Shown here one piece after another: positions 47,563 to 57,611 of a stretch of DNA of 64,000 bases. The notes under the pieces were generated by a model. It ran no database searches, was not told where the DNA came from, and was given only the letters and a program-made list of their open reading frames with translations. This stretch comes from Thermoproteota archaeon (GTDB taxonomy: Archaea > Korarchaeota > Korarchaeia > Korarchaeales > JAOZGB01). Numbering within the stretch: the first letter of the stretch is position 1; every line of letters begins with the position of its first letter. The position numbers and the translations under genes were made by a program. The DNA lies in assembly GCA_037917685.1 (NCBI GenBank), contig JAVCBU010000006.1, forward strand, positions 320,001-384,000, in the 5' to 3' direction.

Positions 47563-48018
47563 TTGCCGGTCAGAATGGTTGACATTCATGCTAAAAGGCC
47601 GATTCTAAGGATTGCAAAGGCTGAAGGGGCGATATACCTAAAACCCGAGACCATAGAGCTTATACGTAGGCGTAAAATAGAGAAGGGAGATGTTATCTCA
47701 GTGTCAACTGTCTCCGCGATAATGGCTGCGAAGAATACGCCGCAAATCCTACCCTTATGCCACCCTATCCCAATCGAAAATGTAAACGTAGAATTTGAAT
47801 TACACAAGGACAAGGTAAAGGTGATAGTAACTGTTAAGTCTACAAGCAAAACAGGAGTAGAGATGGAAGCCCTTACAGCTGTTTCAGCTGCTTTACTATG
47901 TATTTGGGATATGGTTAAAAAATACGAAAAGGACAAGCTAGGCCAGTACCCCTACACTAGAATAGAGTATATACGTGTCTTAGAGAAGATTAAAAAAGGG
48001 AGCACAGATGAAAGTTAG
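47563..48018 (+). CDS. moaC: cyclic pyranopterin monophosphate synthase
   Basis: MVDI, KGDV, LPLCHP, TGVEMEAL, IWDMVK. Confidence 0.95.
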   Translation: MPVRMVDIHAKRPILRIAKAEGAIYLKPETIELIRRRKIEKGDVISVSTVSAIMAAKNTPQILPLCHPIPIENVNVEFELHKDKVKVIVTVKSTSKTGVEMEALTAVSAALLCIWDMVKKYEKDKLGQYPYTRIEYIRVLEKIKKGSTDES

Positions 48019-48277
48019 AGTAAAGTACTATGGAATGGCCTCAGAACTTGCTGGAATAAAAGAAGAATTAATAGAGATAGATGGAAAGCCAACTCTAAGG
48101 CAGCTTATCAGCGCACTCCCGTCCAAGTCCAAAGCGAACCTAAGTAGTCTCTTAAAAGACGGAGTGCTAAGGGAGGATTTGCGAATAGCTTTAAACCACA
48201 AAATAGTGGAAGACATGGATATAGAGGTTGCTGAGGACTCTACAATCGCGTTTCTCCCTCCTTCCTCTGGTGGGTAG
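48008..48277 (+). CDS. moaD: MoaD/SAMP sulfur carrier
   Basis: Beta-grasp size; C-terminal LPPSSGG. Confidence 0.9.
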   Translation: MKVRVKYYGMASELAGIKEELIEIDGKPTLRQLISALPSKSKANLSSLLKDGVLREDLRIALNHKIVEDMDIEVAEDSTIAFLPPSSGG

Positions 48278-48279
48278 AT

Positions 48280-48708
48280 ATGGAGAGGGTAGGAATATTC
48301 AGGTATGGTGAACACCCGTTAGAGAGAATACTGCAACAAGTAAGGAATCATCCTGAAAAAGACCGTGTCGGAGCCATAGTTATGTTTACAGGCGTAGTTA
48401 GGGGAATATCCTCGGAAGGAAGAGTTAGAGAACTCTCATATGAAGTCTACAGAGAAATGGTTCTTAACGTACTCAAGGAGATAAGGAAGGAAATAATCGA
48501 GAAATATGGAATAATAGACCTATGGATACACCACATCGAAGGAAGAGCTATGGTGGGTGTAGAAACCTTCTTCGTTGTTGCAATCTCTGAGCACAGGCAT
48601 GAAGCCTTTGAAGCAGTTAGAGAAGCAGTAGACAAGGTTAAAAAGGAAGCCCCTATATGGAAGAAGGAAATATTAAAGGATGGAAGAGAGTACTGGGTTC
48701 AAGAGTAA
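48280..48708 (+). CDS. moaE: molybdopterin synthase catalytic subunit
   Basis: GAIVMFTGVVR, HRHEAF, APIWKKE. Confidence 0.94.
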   Translation: MERVGIFRYGEHPLERILQQVRNHPEKDRVGAIVMFTGVVRGISSEGRVRELSYEVYREMVLNVLKEIRKEIIEKYGIIDLWIHHIEGRAMVGVETFFVVAISEHRHEAFEAVREAVDKVKKEAPIWKKEILKDGREYWVQE

Positions 48709-48737
48709 TTTATGGCTTTATCAATTAGGAGGGCGTT

Positions 48738-49178
48738 ATGATAGTGATGGATAGCGATCTTTCAGAAAGTCTTGAAGACTATCTCGAAGCCGCCCTCATC
48801 ATTCTTCTAGAAAAGGGTAAAGTTAGGGTTAAATATCTCTCAGAACAGCTAAGGGTCTCACCAGCAAGCGTAACCGAAGCCCTAAAAAAACTTGAAAAAT
48901 TGGGCTACGTCAAATATGAAGGCCACGGCAAAATTCTACTAACATCAAGGGGCCACGACAAAGCTGAGGAGGTACTTGAGAAGCATCTAAGCCTGTTTAA
49001 TTTTCTCCATAACGTTCTAGGGGTTGATAGGGAGACCGCCGAGGTTGAGGCCTGTAAGATGGAACATATACTCTCACGTGATACACTTAATAAAATGGCT
49101 ATGTTGGGGGAGCTTGTAAGCTTGGAATCCGAAAGAGATACGGTTTTTCGGAAGAAGCTTAACAGGATCAAGGGCTAA
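48738..49178 (+). CDS. DtxR/MntR-family metal-dependent repressor
   Basis: SLEDYLE, VSPASVT, KH, EACKMEH. Confidence 0.92.
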   Translation: MIVMDSDLSESLEDYLEAALIILLEKGKVRVKYLSEQLRVSPASVTEALKKLEKLGYVKYEGHGKILLTSRGHDKAEEVLEKHLSLFNFLHNVLGVDRETAEVEACKMEHILSRDTLNKMAMLGELVSLESERDTVFRKKLNRIKG

Positions 49179-49410
49179 AATCTTCTACTGAGACGAGAAC
49201 CCGGGAGGCGAGTCCCCTCCCGATTACAAGTCTAGAACCCTTTACCTCTATTTCGACAGGTCCCCGGAACAACGCGTTCCTAACAACTCTAATTTTCTCC
49301 CCAGGAACCAAACCCATATCGTAGAGTCTCTTAACAGCACCCCTCCCACCGCTAACCTTAACTACGACTCCTCTCATTCCTTCCTTGAGTTTCGAAAGTT
49401 GAACCATCAA
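49168..49410 (-). CDS. feoA: ferrous iron transport protein A
   Basis: RLYDMGLVPG...GP...IGRGLA. Confidence 0.9.
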   Translation of the reverse strand: MMVQLSKLKEGMRGVVVKVSGGRGAVKRLYDMGLVPGEKIRVVRNALFRGPVEIEVKGSRLVIGRGLASRVLVSVEDFSP

Positions 49411-49420
49411 GTTAATATTT

Positions 49421-49436
49421 CTAGGCTTACCTAAAA
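49421..49436 (-). promoter_or_regulatory. putative DtxR/MntR operator upstream of feoA
   Basis: Minus strand TTTAGGTAAGCCTAG (TAGG-N4-CCTA palindrome) 11-26 nt upstream of the feoA start. Confidence 0.6.
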
Positions 49437-49437
49437 T

Positions 49438-50466
49438 TTAAAACTGTCTATAAACAGCGATCTCATTAATTAATACGTCTAGGGGATTATCAAATTCTTC
49501 TAATAAACTCGAAGTGTTAATCCTGTATTGATCGGGGTCCTTAGCAACCTTAAATATCTGATCAGATATCTCAATATTATTTTTAGCAGAATATAATGGA
49601 AAACCACGTTCAGATAGGAACCTTTCGATATCTGATGGTATAGAAAATAGTATTGATGGAACACCCATTAGAGATGCCTCTCTCGCCATTAGGGACCCTC
49701 CGCTGACAACGAATGCTGCAGTCTTTAATAGGCTTAATACATCATGATCAAAGTTTACGATCTTAACCCTCCTAGCATAATTTTTCTTTATCTCGCTTTT
49801 CTGAGACTTATTTCTAACGATAGCAATAATACTACCATCCCAGCAATTCACCATCCTTTCTAGAAAGCGCAGCGATGTGGAGTTAAGACCCAATGTAGCA
49901 GCAGGCCTAAAAACAGCGTATTCTCCCGCCCTAACACCGAGCCTCCTAAGGACGCCCGACGTGTAATGATGTTTTCTAATCCACGTAACTTCAAAAGCCC
50001 CCTTGAAAAACTTTATGGCACCCATGTTCGCCCCATGTCGCAAAAGTTTACTTCTCCCGATGGCTAGGGGCGCCAATATTCTTCTGCTTAATGGTATGAT
50101 AGATTTTAATACTGTGTGGTGGGCAGAGTAGTCTGTTAAAACGATGAAAGGAATGCCAAGCATATAAGATATGGAGCAAGCCTCAGATGGAAAAGATATC
50201 AATAATTTAGGCTTCCTCCTAAGCCTCTTTATACACCTAGTTAAGGCCTGTACTCTCCTCCAGTAAGAGTCTAGCCTTCCCTCCCTACTGTAGCTTTCAA
50301 TCTTACCAGCGGACTTGTACTTTACATAGTAAAACTTGAAAATAGTTGATAATTCCCTATGCCTCTGGCACGTGACGAAAAAGTTAAACCTATCTTTAAA
50401 CTCTTCATAGACTGCAGATATAAACCTAGCATCTCTAATAGAAGTTGCATCCATCCATATTTCCAT
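49438..50466 (-). CDS. DUF354 GT-B-fold protein
   Basis: IWMDA, LGIP, G..EVTW, GGSLMAREASLMGVPSI. Confidence 0.8.
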   Translation of the reverse strand: MEIWMDATSIRDARFISAVYEEFKDRFNFFVTCQRHRELSTIFKFYYVKYKSAGKIESYSREGRLDSYWRRVQALTRCIKRLRRKPKLLISFPSEACSISYMLGIPFIVLTDYSAHHTVLKSIIPLSRRILAPLAIGRSKLLRHGANMGAIKFFKGAFEVTWIRKHHYTSGVLRRLGVRAGEYAVFRPAATLGLNSTSLRFLERMVNCWDGSIIAIVRNKSQKSEIKKNYARRVKIVNFDHDVLSLLKTAAFVVSGGSLMAREASLMGVPSILFSIPSDIERFLSERGFPLYSAKNNIEISDQIFKVAKDPDQYRINTSSLLEEFDNPLDVLINEIAVYRQF

Positions 50467-50485
50467 GCTAGACCAGCCTCAAACT

Positions 50486-51007
50486 CTACGTTCTACCCGG
50501 TCTTAACAGCAGAATTACAGTTAAAGGAAACATTACAAGCATTAAAAGCAGATCCGTAGAGATGCTTCTAACCATACCTCCCAATAGCGAGCGTATAGCT
50601 ACCACGTTAAATTCTAACAATACTTTAAGCCCGACTCTTAACAGCTCATACATTATGACGGCTGTGAGTCCGCCAGATATAAGACCTCTATCTGTCTTTT
50701 CAGATCTAGCTGCGACATATATGTACAGTAGCGAGGCGAGGGAAACAGAGAGCACACGGGCAGTTTCATACTCTGTATATGGTGATAGTGCTATTATGGA
50801 TAATGAAAAGCCAACCGCGGCGGATAAACCCTGATCCAGATAGCATGAAACCGCCGCTGTAATAGAGAGTATTATAACTCCTACCCATCTAAATCCGATA
50901 AGGTAAATGTCAAGCTGGTTCAGCTGAATGGTGAGAATACCCATTGCAATTCCAAAGAGCAATATTATCATTGCCCACGGAATCCCTGCGACACTCTTCA
51001 TCATCAC
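50486..51007 (-). CDS. ECF S-component-like membrane protein
   Basis: 173 aa, 5-6 TM helices; family call weak. Confidence 0.5.
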   Translation of the reverse strand: MMMKSVAGIPWAMIILLFGIAMGILTIQLNQLDIYLIGFRWVGVIILSITAAVSCYLDQGLSAAVGFSLSIIALSPYTEYETARVLSVSLASLLYIYVAARSEKTDRGLISGGLTAVIMYELLRVGLKVLLEFNVVAIRSLLGGMVRSISTDLLLMLVMFPLTVILLLRPGRT

Positions 51008-51056
51008 GCATGTAGCATATACTAAAATTAAAATAATTCCCCTAGAAACTTTAGGG

Positions 51057-53756
51057 ATTAATACGAGAATACCAGCGCTACTAATCCTTGTTCTAAGCTT
51101 AAGTATGTATTCAGATGTTGCTTCCCAGGCGGAGCCTTCCCTCTCGCATTATACAATCGAGGCGGCGCTTAACCCTTTGAATCACACCATAGAATGCATT
51201 ATGAGATTCAACTATTTTAACAGTGAGTCTGAGCCTATAGATGTACTTGTCTTTAACGTCTATCCAAATGCCTTTAAGCCGTCGGGATACATCGCGGTAG
51301 ACGGGGTGTACGGTGTAGGAGGCGAAAAGCTTCACTTTCAAATCGAAAAAACTGTTCTAAGCATAACCCTGCCGGGTAAAGTTAGTCCTGGTCTAAACTA
51401 CACTGTAACCTTGAACTTTAAGGTTAAGATCCCACCAAAAGATTACAGATTTGGATACTCAGCGGAGACGGATACCTATATGCTAGGGAATTGGTTTCCA
51501 ATTCTAGCTGTTTACGACAAGGACGGCTGGCACACTTACCCATACTTTCGGGATGGAGAAGCGTTCTATAGTGAGGTAGCAATATACGACGTTTCAATAA
51601 CCGTCCCAGAAGAATATGTGGTTGCAGCATCGGGATGGCTTATAGGTGAAGAAAGCACCGGTGGCTATGCCACCTATCATTTCCATGGAGAGCCTATTAG
51701 AGACTTCGCGTTCACAGCATCCAAAAACTACAAAGTAGCCGTTGAACAGACTCAAAACAACATAACGATTAAATCATACTATTACAACCAGCATGAGAGA
51801 GGAGGGAAAATAGCCCTACATGTCGCGAAGACATGCGTAGAACTATATGGTAAGCTGTTCGGCGAGTATCCCTATCCTGAGTTTACAGTCGCAGAAACCT
51901 CTCTAGGCGCCAATATTGCAGGAATGGAATATCCAACCCTAATAATGATCGACCACAGACTTTACAATACTTGGAGGAGCCTAGAGCTAGTAGTAGCCCA
52001 TGAAACAGGCCATCAATGGTGGTACGGGGTTGTTGGAAACGACCAGTACATGGAGCCGTGGCTGGACGAGGGCCTGACAAACTATTGTGAAAACTTGTTC
52101 TTCGAGTACCAGTATGGACCAGAAGAAATGCAAGCAGTAATCCAAACAACTGTGAAGATGAACTACCTATTGTACATGGATAGAGGAAGACTAGACCAGG
52201 CTGTAGCCAAGCCCTCCTACGCATTTGGCAGTCCAGAGGCATACTTCCAGATAGTATACAATAAGGGTGCATGGATAGTTGATATGCTGCGATACCACTT
52301 AGGCGATGAAAAGTTCTTTAAAGCCATGTCAACCTACTATCAAAGATACAAGTTTAAAATAGCAAGAATATCAGACTTCGTAGAAGTTTTCAACGAAGTA
52401 TCCGGCGAAGATCTCTCGTGGTTCTTCGAGCAATGGCTTTACAACAGCGGAATTCCTAAACTCGGTAGCGAATATAACGTAGATAAGGGCGAACTCGGAT
52501 ATAATGTATCCTTATCACTATTCCAACTTGGAAGCGTATTTAAACTTAAGATACCAGTCGTCATTTATACTGAGGACGGCTCCCGCTATGTCTTCCACGT
52601 ATGGCTTAACGGTTCAAGCGGTAGCTACAGTTTTATCGTAAGAGATAGGCCTACCCAGATCATCGTAGACGAAGACAACTACATACTTAAAGTGCAGGTA
52701 TTCACAAGTCTTAAGCAAGCCAGGCTACTAAAGGCTTTCGCAGTAACCCTGATAAGCCTTGTGATCCTTCTCTCCGTAAGTTCGGCCCTATGGGGATATA
52801 GCATTTACAAGAAGGGATTTGAGGAGAGAGGTAAAAGACTAAGTTTCGGCCCTAACTTTTTCACCCTATTCCCAAGAGCAGTAGCCCTGGGGCTGAGAGA
52901 AAGGCTGACAAGGCGGCCCGAAGCCTTATTGACGATTCTAACCTATACCCTTGTCTCAGGGGCGTCTGTACTTAACTATCTGCTACTTGGCAGCGGAGCT
53001 ATAACATGGTTCATGTTCGTACTTGGAGGTCTCATACTGTTAAATATGCACCTAACAATAGCCTACAGGATGAGGGGCGAAATAGCAACGTACAGTGCCC
53101 TCGGCGGCAATCCATCAAACATAGCTGGAATCTACATTAGTGGAAACTTATCGTCAGCCTTTATAGGGGGAATACTTGGAGTCCTATGGGCTATTACATC
53201 ATATACGCTTAAAATGTACTTCAGCTACATCCGAGTAGAAGAGATAGAGATGGTAAAGGGCTTGGTATACGGCCTACTCTTCTGCATTATAGTGTCCCTT
53301 ATATCTGCAATATATCCAGCGGTAAAGGTATCGCTTCTAGTTACACCTTCAATACTCAGAATATGGAAACTCCCCAGAAACAAGGTTTACATTACAAAAA
53401 CAGGTGACTACGCTGTAGAACTCAAACTACCATTCAGATTTCCAATTGAATGGTTTAAAGACCTAGTAACCTACATAAGAGAGAAGTATGATTCAAGTAT
53501 ATGGATGAGAAATCTTAGATGGAGATACACCCCAGAGGCCGCTGTTCTCTCTTTTGACAGGGACACCATAGACCTCGTGTCAGGAAGGGAGGGAACCTGT
53601 AACGTTTCGATAATAGCTAAGAGAGTCGGGGGAAGCGCCGAATGGTTTATGAGGGTATGCTCTAAGGGAACAATCTATGCTAGAAATGAGAGAATCGTTC
53701 ATCAAGTCGCAGACCTTGTAAGGAAAGACATTTTAGAATGGTTCTGTCTAAAATAA
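51057..53756 (+). CDS. M1-family aminopeptidase fused to FtsX-like membrane domain (start uncertain)
   Basis: GMEYP, VAHETGHQWW, WLDEG, YNKG; C-terminal EIATYSALGGNP...AIYPA...TPS..RIWKLP. Confidence 0.85.
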   Translation: MNTRIPALLILVLSLSMYSDVASQAEPSLSHYTIEAALNPLNHTIECIMRFNYFNSESEPIDVLVFNVYPNAFKPSGYIAVDGVYGVGGEKLHFQIEKTVLSITLPGKVSPGLNYTVTLNFKVKIPPKDYRFGYSAETDTYMLGNWFPILAVYDKDGWHTYPYFRDGEAFYSEVAIYDVSITVPEEYVVAASGWLIGEESTGGYATYHFHGEPIRDFAFTASKNYKVAVEQTQNNITIKSYYYNQHERGGKIALHVAKTCVELYGKLFGEYPYPEFTVAETSLGANIAGMEYPTLIMIDHRLYNTWRSLELVVAHETGHQWWYGVVGNDQYMEPWLDEGLTNYCENLFFEYQYGPEEMQAVIQTTVKMNYLLYMDRGRLDQAVAKPSYAFGSPEAYFQIVYNKGAWIVDMLRYHLGDEKFFKAMSTYYQRYKFKIARISDFVEVFNEVSGEDLSWFFEQWLYNSGIPKLGSEYNVDKGELGYNVSLSLFQLGSVFKLKIPVVIYTEDGSRYVFHVWLNGSSGSYSFIVRDRPTQIIVDEDNYILKVQVFTSLKQARLLKAFAVTLISLVILLSVSSALWGYSIYKKGFEERGKRLSFGPNFFTLFPRAVALGLRERLTRRPEALLTILTYTLVSGASVLNYLLLGSGAITWFMFVLGGLILLNMHLTIAYRMRGEIATYSALGGNPSNIAGIYISGNLSSAFIGGILGVLWAITSYTLKMYFSYIRVEEIEMVKGLVYGLLFCIIVSLISAIYPAVKVSLLVTPSILRIWKLPRNKVYITKTGDYAVELKLPFRFPIEWFKDLVTYIREKYDSSIWMRNLRWRYTPEAAVLSFDRDTIDLVSGREGTCNVSIIAKRVGGSAEWFMRVCSKGTIYARNERIVHQVADLVRKDILEWFCLK

Positions 53757-54055
53757 ACGTGTACCAAGTAGAAGTTATAGTTGAGAAAGTTAGGGGAAAC
53801 TGCCCCCTATACAGGCCTGGGGCCAGCTTCATAGTAGAAGGCTACTATATTAAACCCGGTAGAACGCCAATATGCATTCACGCCTTCTCAGCCATGTTAA
53901 CTCTACTATCAGCGTTCTCCCATGGTACGTCGGCCTCAGATCTGGGTATAGGTAGCGAAGAAGACGTAGGATACCTTCAATGCCCGGATCCAGGAGCCCC
54001 CTATACTAGAGGGGGAACAGTAACCTTTAAGCTAGTAAGGAGACCGAAATATTAA
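53738..54055 (+). CDS. TIGR04076-like Cys-containing protein
   Basis: GNCP, ICIHA, QCPDP, GTVTF. Confidence 0.8.
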   Translation: MVLSKINVYQVEVIVEKVRGNCPLYRPGASFIVEGYYIKPGRTPICIHAFSAMLTLLSAFSHGTSASDLGIGSEEDVGYLQCPDPGAPYTRGGTVTFKLVRRPKY

Positions 54056-54083
54056 ACAACTACCCAGTAGGATATAATATCAG

Positions 54084-55058
54084 ATGCAGGAAATAGTTCA
54101 TCCAATACCAGAGCATGTTCTAAAGGTCCTTAAAAGGCAGCATTACGCTGTAGTTGGGCTTAACACAGGGGTGAAGCTGTGCGACTGGCTTAGAAAAAGC
54201 CTCCTAGACAGGGGGGTCTGCTACAAGCAGGACTTCTACGGGATCCAATCACATAGATGCCTTCAAATGTCCCCCTCTGTAATATGGTGTACTCACAGGT
54301 GCATATACTGCTGGAGAATACAGTCGGGAGACGAGCCTGAACTAAGATGGAAAGAGTACCCCTTCCCCGAAGCCTATGACGATCCAGAGTTTATAGTGGA
54401 GAACGCGGTTAAAGCTCAAAGGCAGCTTATCTCAGGGTATAAGCCGTTTGCAAATCCACGGAAGTACGTTGAAGCGTTGAACCCCAACCAGGCGGCTATA
54501 TCCCTGTCAGGCGAGCCGACGCTCTACCCGGTCCTCGGAGATCTGATACATGAATTCCACAGGAGGCATTTCACAACTTTCCTTGTAACCAATGGAACCA
54601 TGCCTGAAAGGCTTGAGTCTCTAAGCGAACTTCCAACTCAGCTCTATATAACCCTTCCAGCCCCCAGAAGAGAGGTTTATCTCAAAACCTCGAGGCCTAT
54701 AATACGTGACGGCTGGGATCGCATACAGAGAAGCCTTGAGATAATGTCAACTGTTCAGACAAGAACTGTGATAAGGATGACGCTTACAAAAGGTCTGAAT
54801 TTCAGAGAACCAGAGGGCTACGCTAAGCTAATAGAGAAAGCTAACCCCATGTTTGTCGAGCTTAAAGCAGCCATGGCCCTCGGCTATGCCAGGAAGAGGG
54901 GGATGGAGGATAGGGGGATGCTTCTCCACTGGGAAATAAGGGAGTTCGCGGAGGAGCTTTCAAAAATAATAGGATATAGGTTGGCAGGAGAGAAACTGCC
55001 TTCAAGAGTGGTTTTACTGACTAGGATTAAGGGCGACACTAAGATACCAGGATTATAG
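54084..55058 (+). CDS. taw1: 4-demethylwyosine synthase (radical SAM)
   Basis: VKLCDW, CYKQDFYGIQSHRC, CTHRCIYCWR, SLSGEP, LVTNG. Confidence 0.95.
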   Translation: MQEIVHPIPEHVLKVLKRQHYAVVGLNTGVKLCDWLRKSLLDRGVCYKQDFYGIQSHRCLQMSPSVIWCTHRCIYCWRIQSGDEPELRWKEYPFPEAYDDPEFIVENAVKAQRQLISGYKPFANPRKYVEALNPNQAAISLSGEPTLYPVLGDLIHEFHRRHFTTFLVTNGTMPERLESLSELPTQLYITLPAPRREVYLKTSRPIIRDGWDRIQRSLEIMSTVQTRTVIRMTLTKGLNFREPEGYAKLIEKANPMFVELKAAMALGYARKRGMEDRGMLLHWEIREFAEELSKIIGYRLAGEKLPSRVVLLTRIKGDTKIPGL

Positions 55059-55089
55059 GTGGAGACTCAAGTCGGTCTTGCCTTATATT

Positions 55090-56421
55090 TTACTTTGAGA
55101 CTCTTTTTATCTCCTCCTCTATTATATCGAGTGCCGGGTCTATGTACTCTCTCGTTATTGAGAGTGGTGGTGCTATTCTTATTGTTGATATTCCCGCAAG
55201 TATTAAGGCAACTCCTCTCTTCCAGGATTCAATCATAACAGTTTCTGCCTCTTTCTTTGCGTACTCCTTGGTTTTCCTGTTTTTGACGAGTTCGACTCCT
55301 ATCATCAAGCCCTTGCCTCTTACATCGCCTATGATCTCATATTTTTCCATCATCTCCCTGAACCGCTTCATTATGTACTCTCCCTGCTTTGTAGCGTTTT
55401 CCATTAATTTTTCCTCTTTAATGATGGATATAACCTCTATGGCGGCTGCGCAGCTTACAGGGTTGCCGCCAAAAGTGGAAGCATGGCTTCCTCCCTCCCA
55501 GTTCATAATGTTGCTCCACGCCATCATTGCGCCTAGAGGGAGGCCGGCAGCGATGGCCTTGGCGGATGCTACGATGTGAGGTTTTACTCCCCAGTGTTCT
55601 ATTGCCCACCACTTGCCTGTTCTCCCGATTCCCGACTGAACTTCATCATCGATAAGTAGCATGTCATACTTTGATGCAAGCCTTTCAAGCTGCTTGAAAT
55701 ACCCCTCAGGCGGTACGATATAGCCTCCTTCCCCTTGTATCGGCTCAAATATTATGCCTGCAACCTCCTCCGGTGGAACGTATTTTTTCAGGGTCCAATC
55801 TTCGATGAAACCTATACAGTAAAAGCCGCATTCGGGATATTCAAGGTTAAAGGGACACCTGTAACAGTATGGATATGGGACATGAGTTACACCAGGGATT
55901 AATGGTGAGAAATGCCTCACCTGAACTGGCTTGCTGGCTGTGAAGCTTAATGCTCCGAGAGTTCTACCATGAAATGCACCTATGAAGGCTAGCATCCTAG
56001 GCCTTCTCTTATTCCATCTTGCAAGTTTGAAGGCTGCCTCAACAGCCTCAGCGCCACTATTACCGAAGTAGACCTTCCAATCACCTCCTCCGGGCGCTAT
56101 CTCAACAAGCTTCTCAGCCAGTTCTATTGATGGCTCATAGTAGAAGTCCGTGTTAGAGTAGTGAATTAGCTTCTTCGCCTGTTTTCTGATTGCACCCACA
56201 ACTCTTGGGTGCGAATGACCTACGTTCAGAACAGCTATGCCAGAGTTTAAATCTATGTACTCGTTACCGTCAACGTCCTTTACAATAACTCCCTCTCCAG
56301 TCTCAGCTACTAGGGGGTACCACCGTACGTAGGACCCGGATATAACCCTCTTATCCCGCTCTAAAAGGCTTCTAGCCTTAGGTCCGGGTGGAGTTACCAG
56401 TATCTTCGGATATCTGGTCAT
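55090..56421 (-). CDS. class III PLP aminotransferase (acetylornithine/GABA-AT or racemase-like)
   Basis: SGAEAVE, FHGRT, EPIQGEGG, DEVQSG.GRTG, AKA, STFGGNP. Confidence 0.92.
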   Translation of the reverse strand: MTRYPKILVTPPGPKARSLLERDKRVISGSYVRWYPLVAETGEGVIVKDVDGNEYIDLNSGIAVLNVGHSHPRVVGAIRKQAKKLIHYSNTDFYYEPSIELAEKLVEIAPGGGDWKVYFGNSGAEAVEAAFKLARWNKRRPRMLAFIGAFHGRTLGALSFTASKPVQVRHFSPLIPGVTHVPYPYCYRCPFNLEYPECGFYCIGFIEDWTLKKYVPPEEVAGIIFEPIQGEGGYIVPPEGYFKQLERLASKYDMLLIDDEVQSGIGRTGKWWAIEHWGVKPHIVASAKAIAAGLPLGAMMAWSNIMNWEGGSHASTFGGNPVSCAAAIEVISIIKEEKLMENATKQGEYIMKRFREMMEKYEIIGDVRGKGLMIGVELVKNRKTKEYAKKEAETVMIESWKRGVALILAGISTIRIAPPLSITREYIDPALDIIEEEIKRVSK

Positions 56422-56542
56422 CCTGTCTAATGTCCATCCTGAAACTTAAAGATTTTAACATATTGTCTACAAGTAATTCCAATAATAACCTCTGATTTTT
56501 CGCTCTTCCCGTCGGTGTTAAAGAAATTCTCCTAAGCCACTC

Positions 56543-57601
56543 TTATAGGGGAATTATGAGGGTATTCTCTTTCTTAATGTAAAGTGTGATTCTCTTCCCA
56601 AGTCCTAGCCTCACGTAGGGTGGAAGCTCTGCTATTATCCTATGACCCTCCGAGTTGCAGTAGACCCTTTGACTTTTGCCTATGAATGCTATGTGGTCTA
56701 TTACGGCGTTTATGGGGTTTACCTCGCCCTCCGGCTTTAGCGTGAAGTATTCTGGCCTCATACTTACGACGACCTTCGAGCCGACGGTTAGGTTAACATC
56801 CTCTCTTGAAGGTATGCCCTCTAGAGTTCCTATTTCAGTGTCGACTTTAACAGTTCCATTCCTACCTGTTACTTCTCCTTCGATCATTGTTGCTTGTCCT
56901 ATGAAGTCGGCCACGAATGTGTTTCTCGGTCTTTGATATATCTCTTGTGGAGTCCCTACTTGCATTATTTTCCCCTGATGCATCACTGCTATCTTGTCTG
57001 AGATGCTCATAGCCTCCTCCTGGTCGTGTGTGACGTATATCGTGGTTATCCCAAGTTCTCTCTGTATTCTTCTAAGCTCTGCCCTTGTCTCTATTCTCAG
57101 TTTAGCGTCGAGGTTGCTTAGCGGCTCGTCTAGTAGAAGGGTTTTCGGCCTGACAGCTATAGCCCTTGCAAGAGCTATCCTTTGCTGTTGGCCGCCGCTA
57201 AGCTGGCTTGGATACCTCTTCTCGAATCCTTCTAGCTTTACAAGTTTTAGAACCTCCTTTACACGCTTCTTTATCTCGTCTCTCGGTAGTTTCCTAATCT
57301 TTAATCCGTAGGCAATATTCTCTTCAACGGTCATGTGCGGCCACAACGCATAATTCTGGAAAACCATTCCAGTCTCACGTTTGAACGGGGGAATATCCGT
57401 AATATCGGCTCCATCAAAATAGATTCTACCTTCTGTTGGCATCTCAAACCCTGCTATAAGCCTTAGAGTAGTAGTTTTTCCGCAGCCGCTTGGTCCCAAA
57501 AGGGCGAAGAATAAGCCGTCATCAATGCTTAGGCTCACATGGTCGACTGCTACAACCTCGCCAAACCTTTTTGTAAGCTTCTCAAGGGTAATATTAACCA
57601 T
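56543..57601 (-). CDS. ABC transporter ATP-binding subunit (FbpC/PotA type)
   Basis: GPSGCGKT, LSGGQQQR, LLLDEP, YVTHD, TOBE. Confidence 0.95.
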   Translation of the reverse strand: MVNITLEKLTKRFGEVVAVDHVSLSIDDGLFFALLGPSGCGKTTTLRLIAGFEMPTEGRIYFDGADITDIPPFKRETGMVFQNYALWPHMTVEENIAYGLKIRKLPRDEIKKRVKEVLKLVKLEGFEKRYPSQLSGGQQQRIALARAIAVRPKTLLLDEPLSNLDAKLRIETRAELRRIQRELGITTIYVTHDQEEAMSISDKIAVMHQGKIMQVGTPQEIYQRPRNTFVADFIGQATMIEGEVTGRNGTVKVDTEIGTLEGIPSREDVNLTVGSKVVVSMRPEYFTLKPEGEVNPINAVIDHIAFIGKSQRVYCNSEGHRIIAELPPYVRLGLGKRITLYIKKENTLIIPL

Positions 57602-57611
57602 AGCCTCACCC

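Noticed and set aside
48008-48277. Ubiquitin-like GG protein as a novel conjugation system
   Set aside because: It sits between moaC and moaE and is ordinary MoaD.
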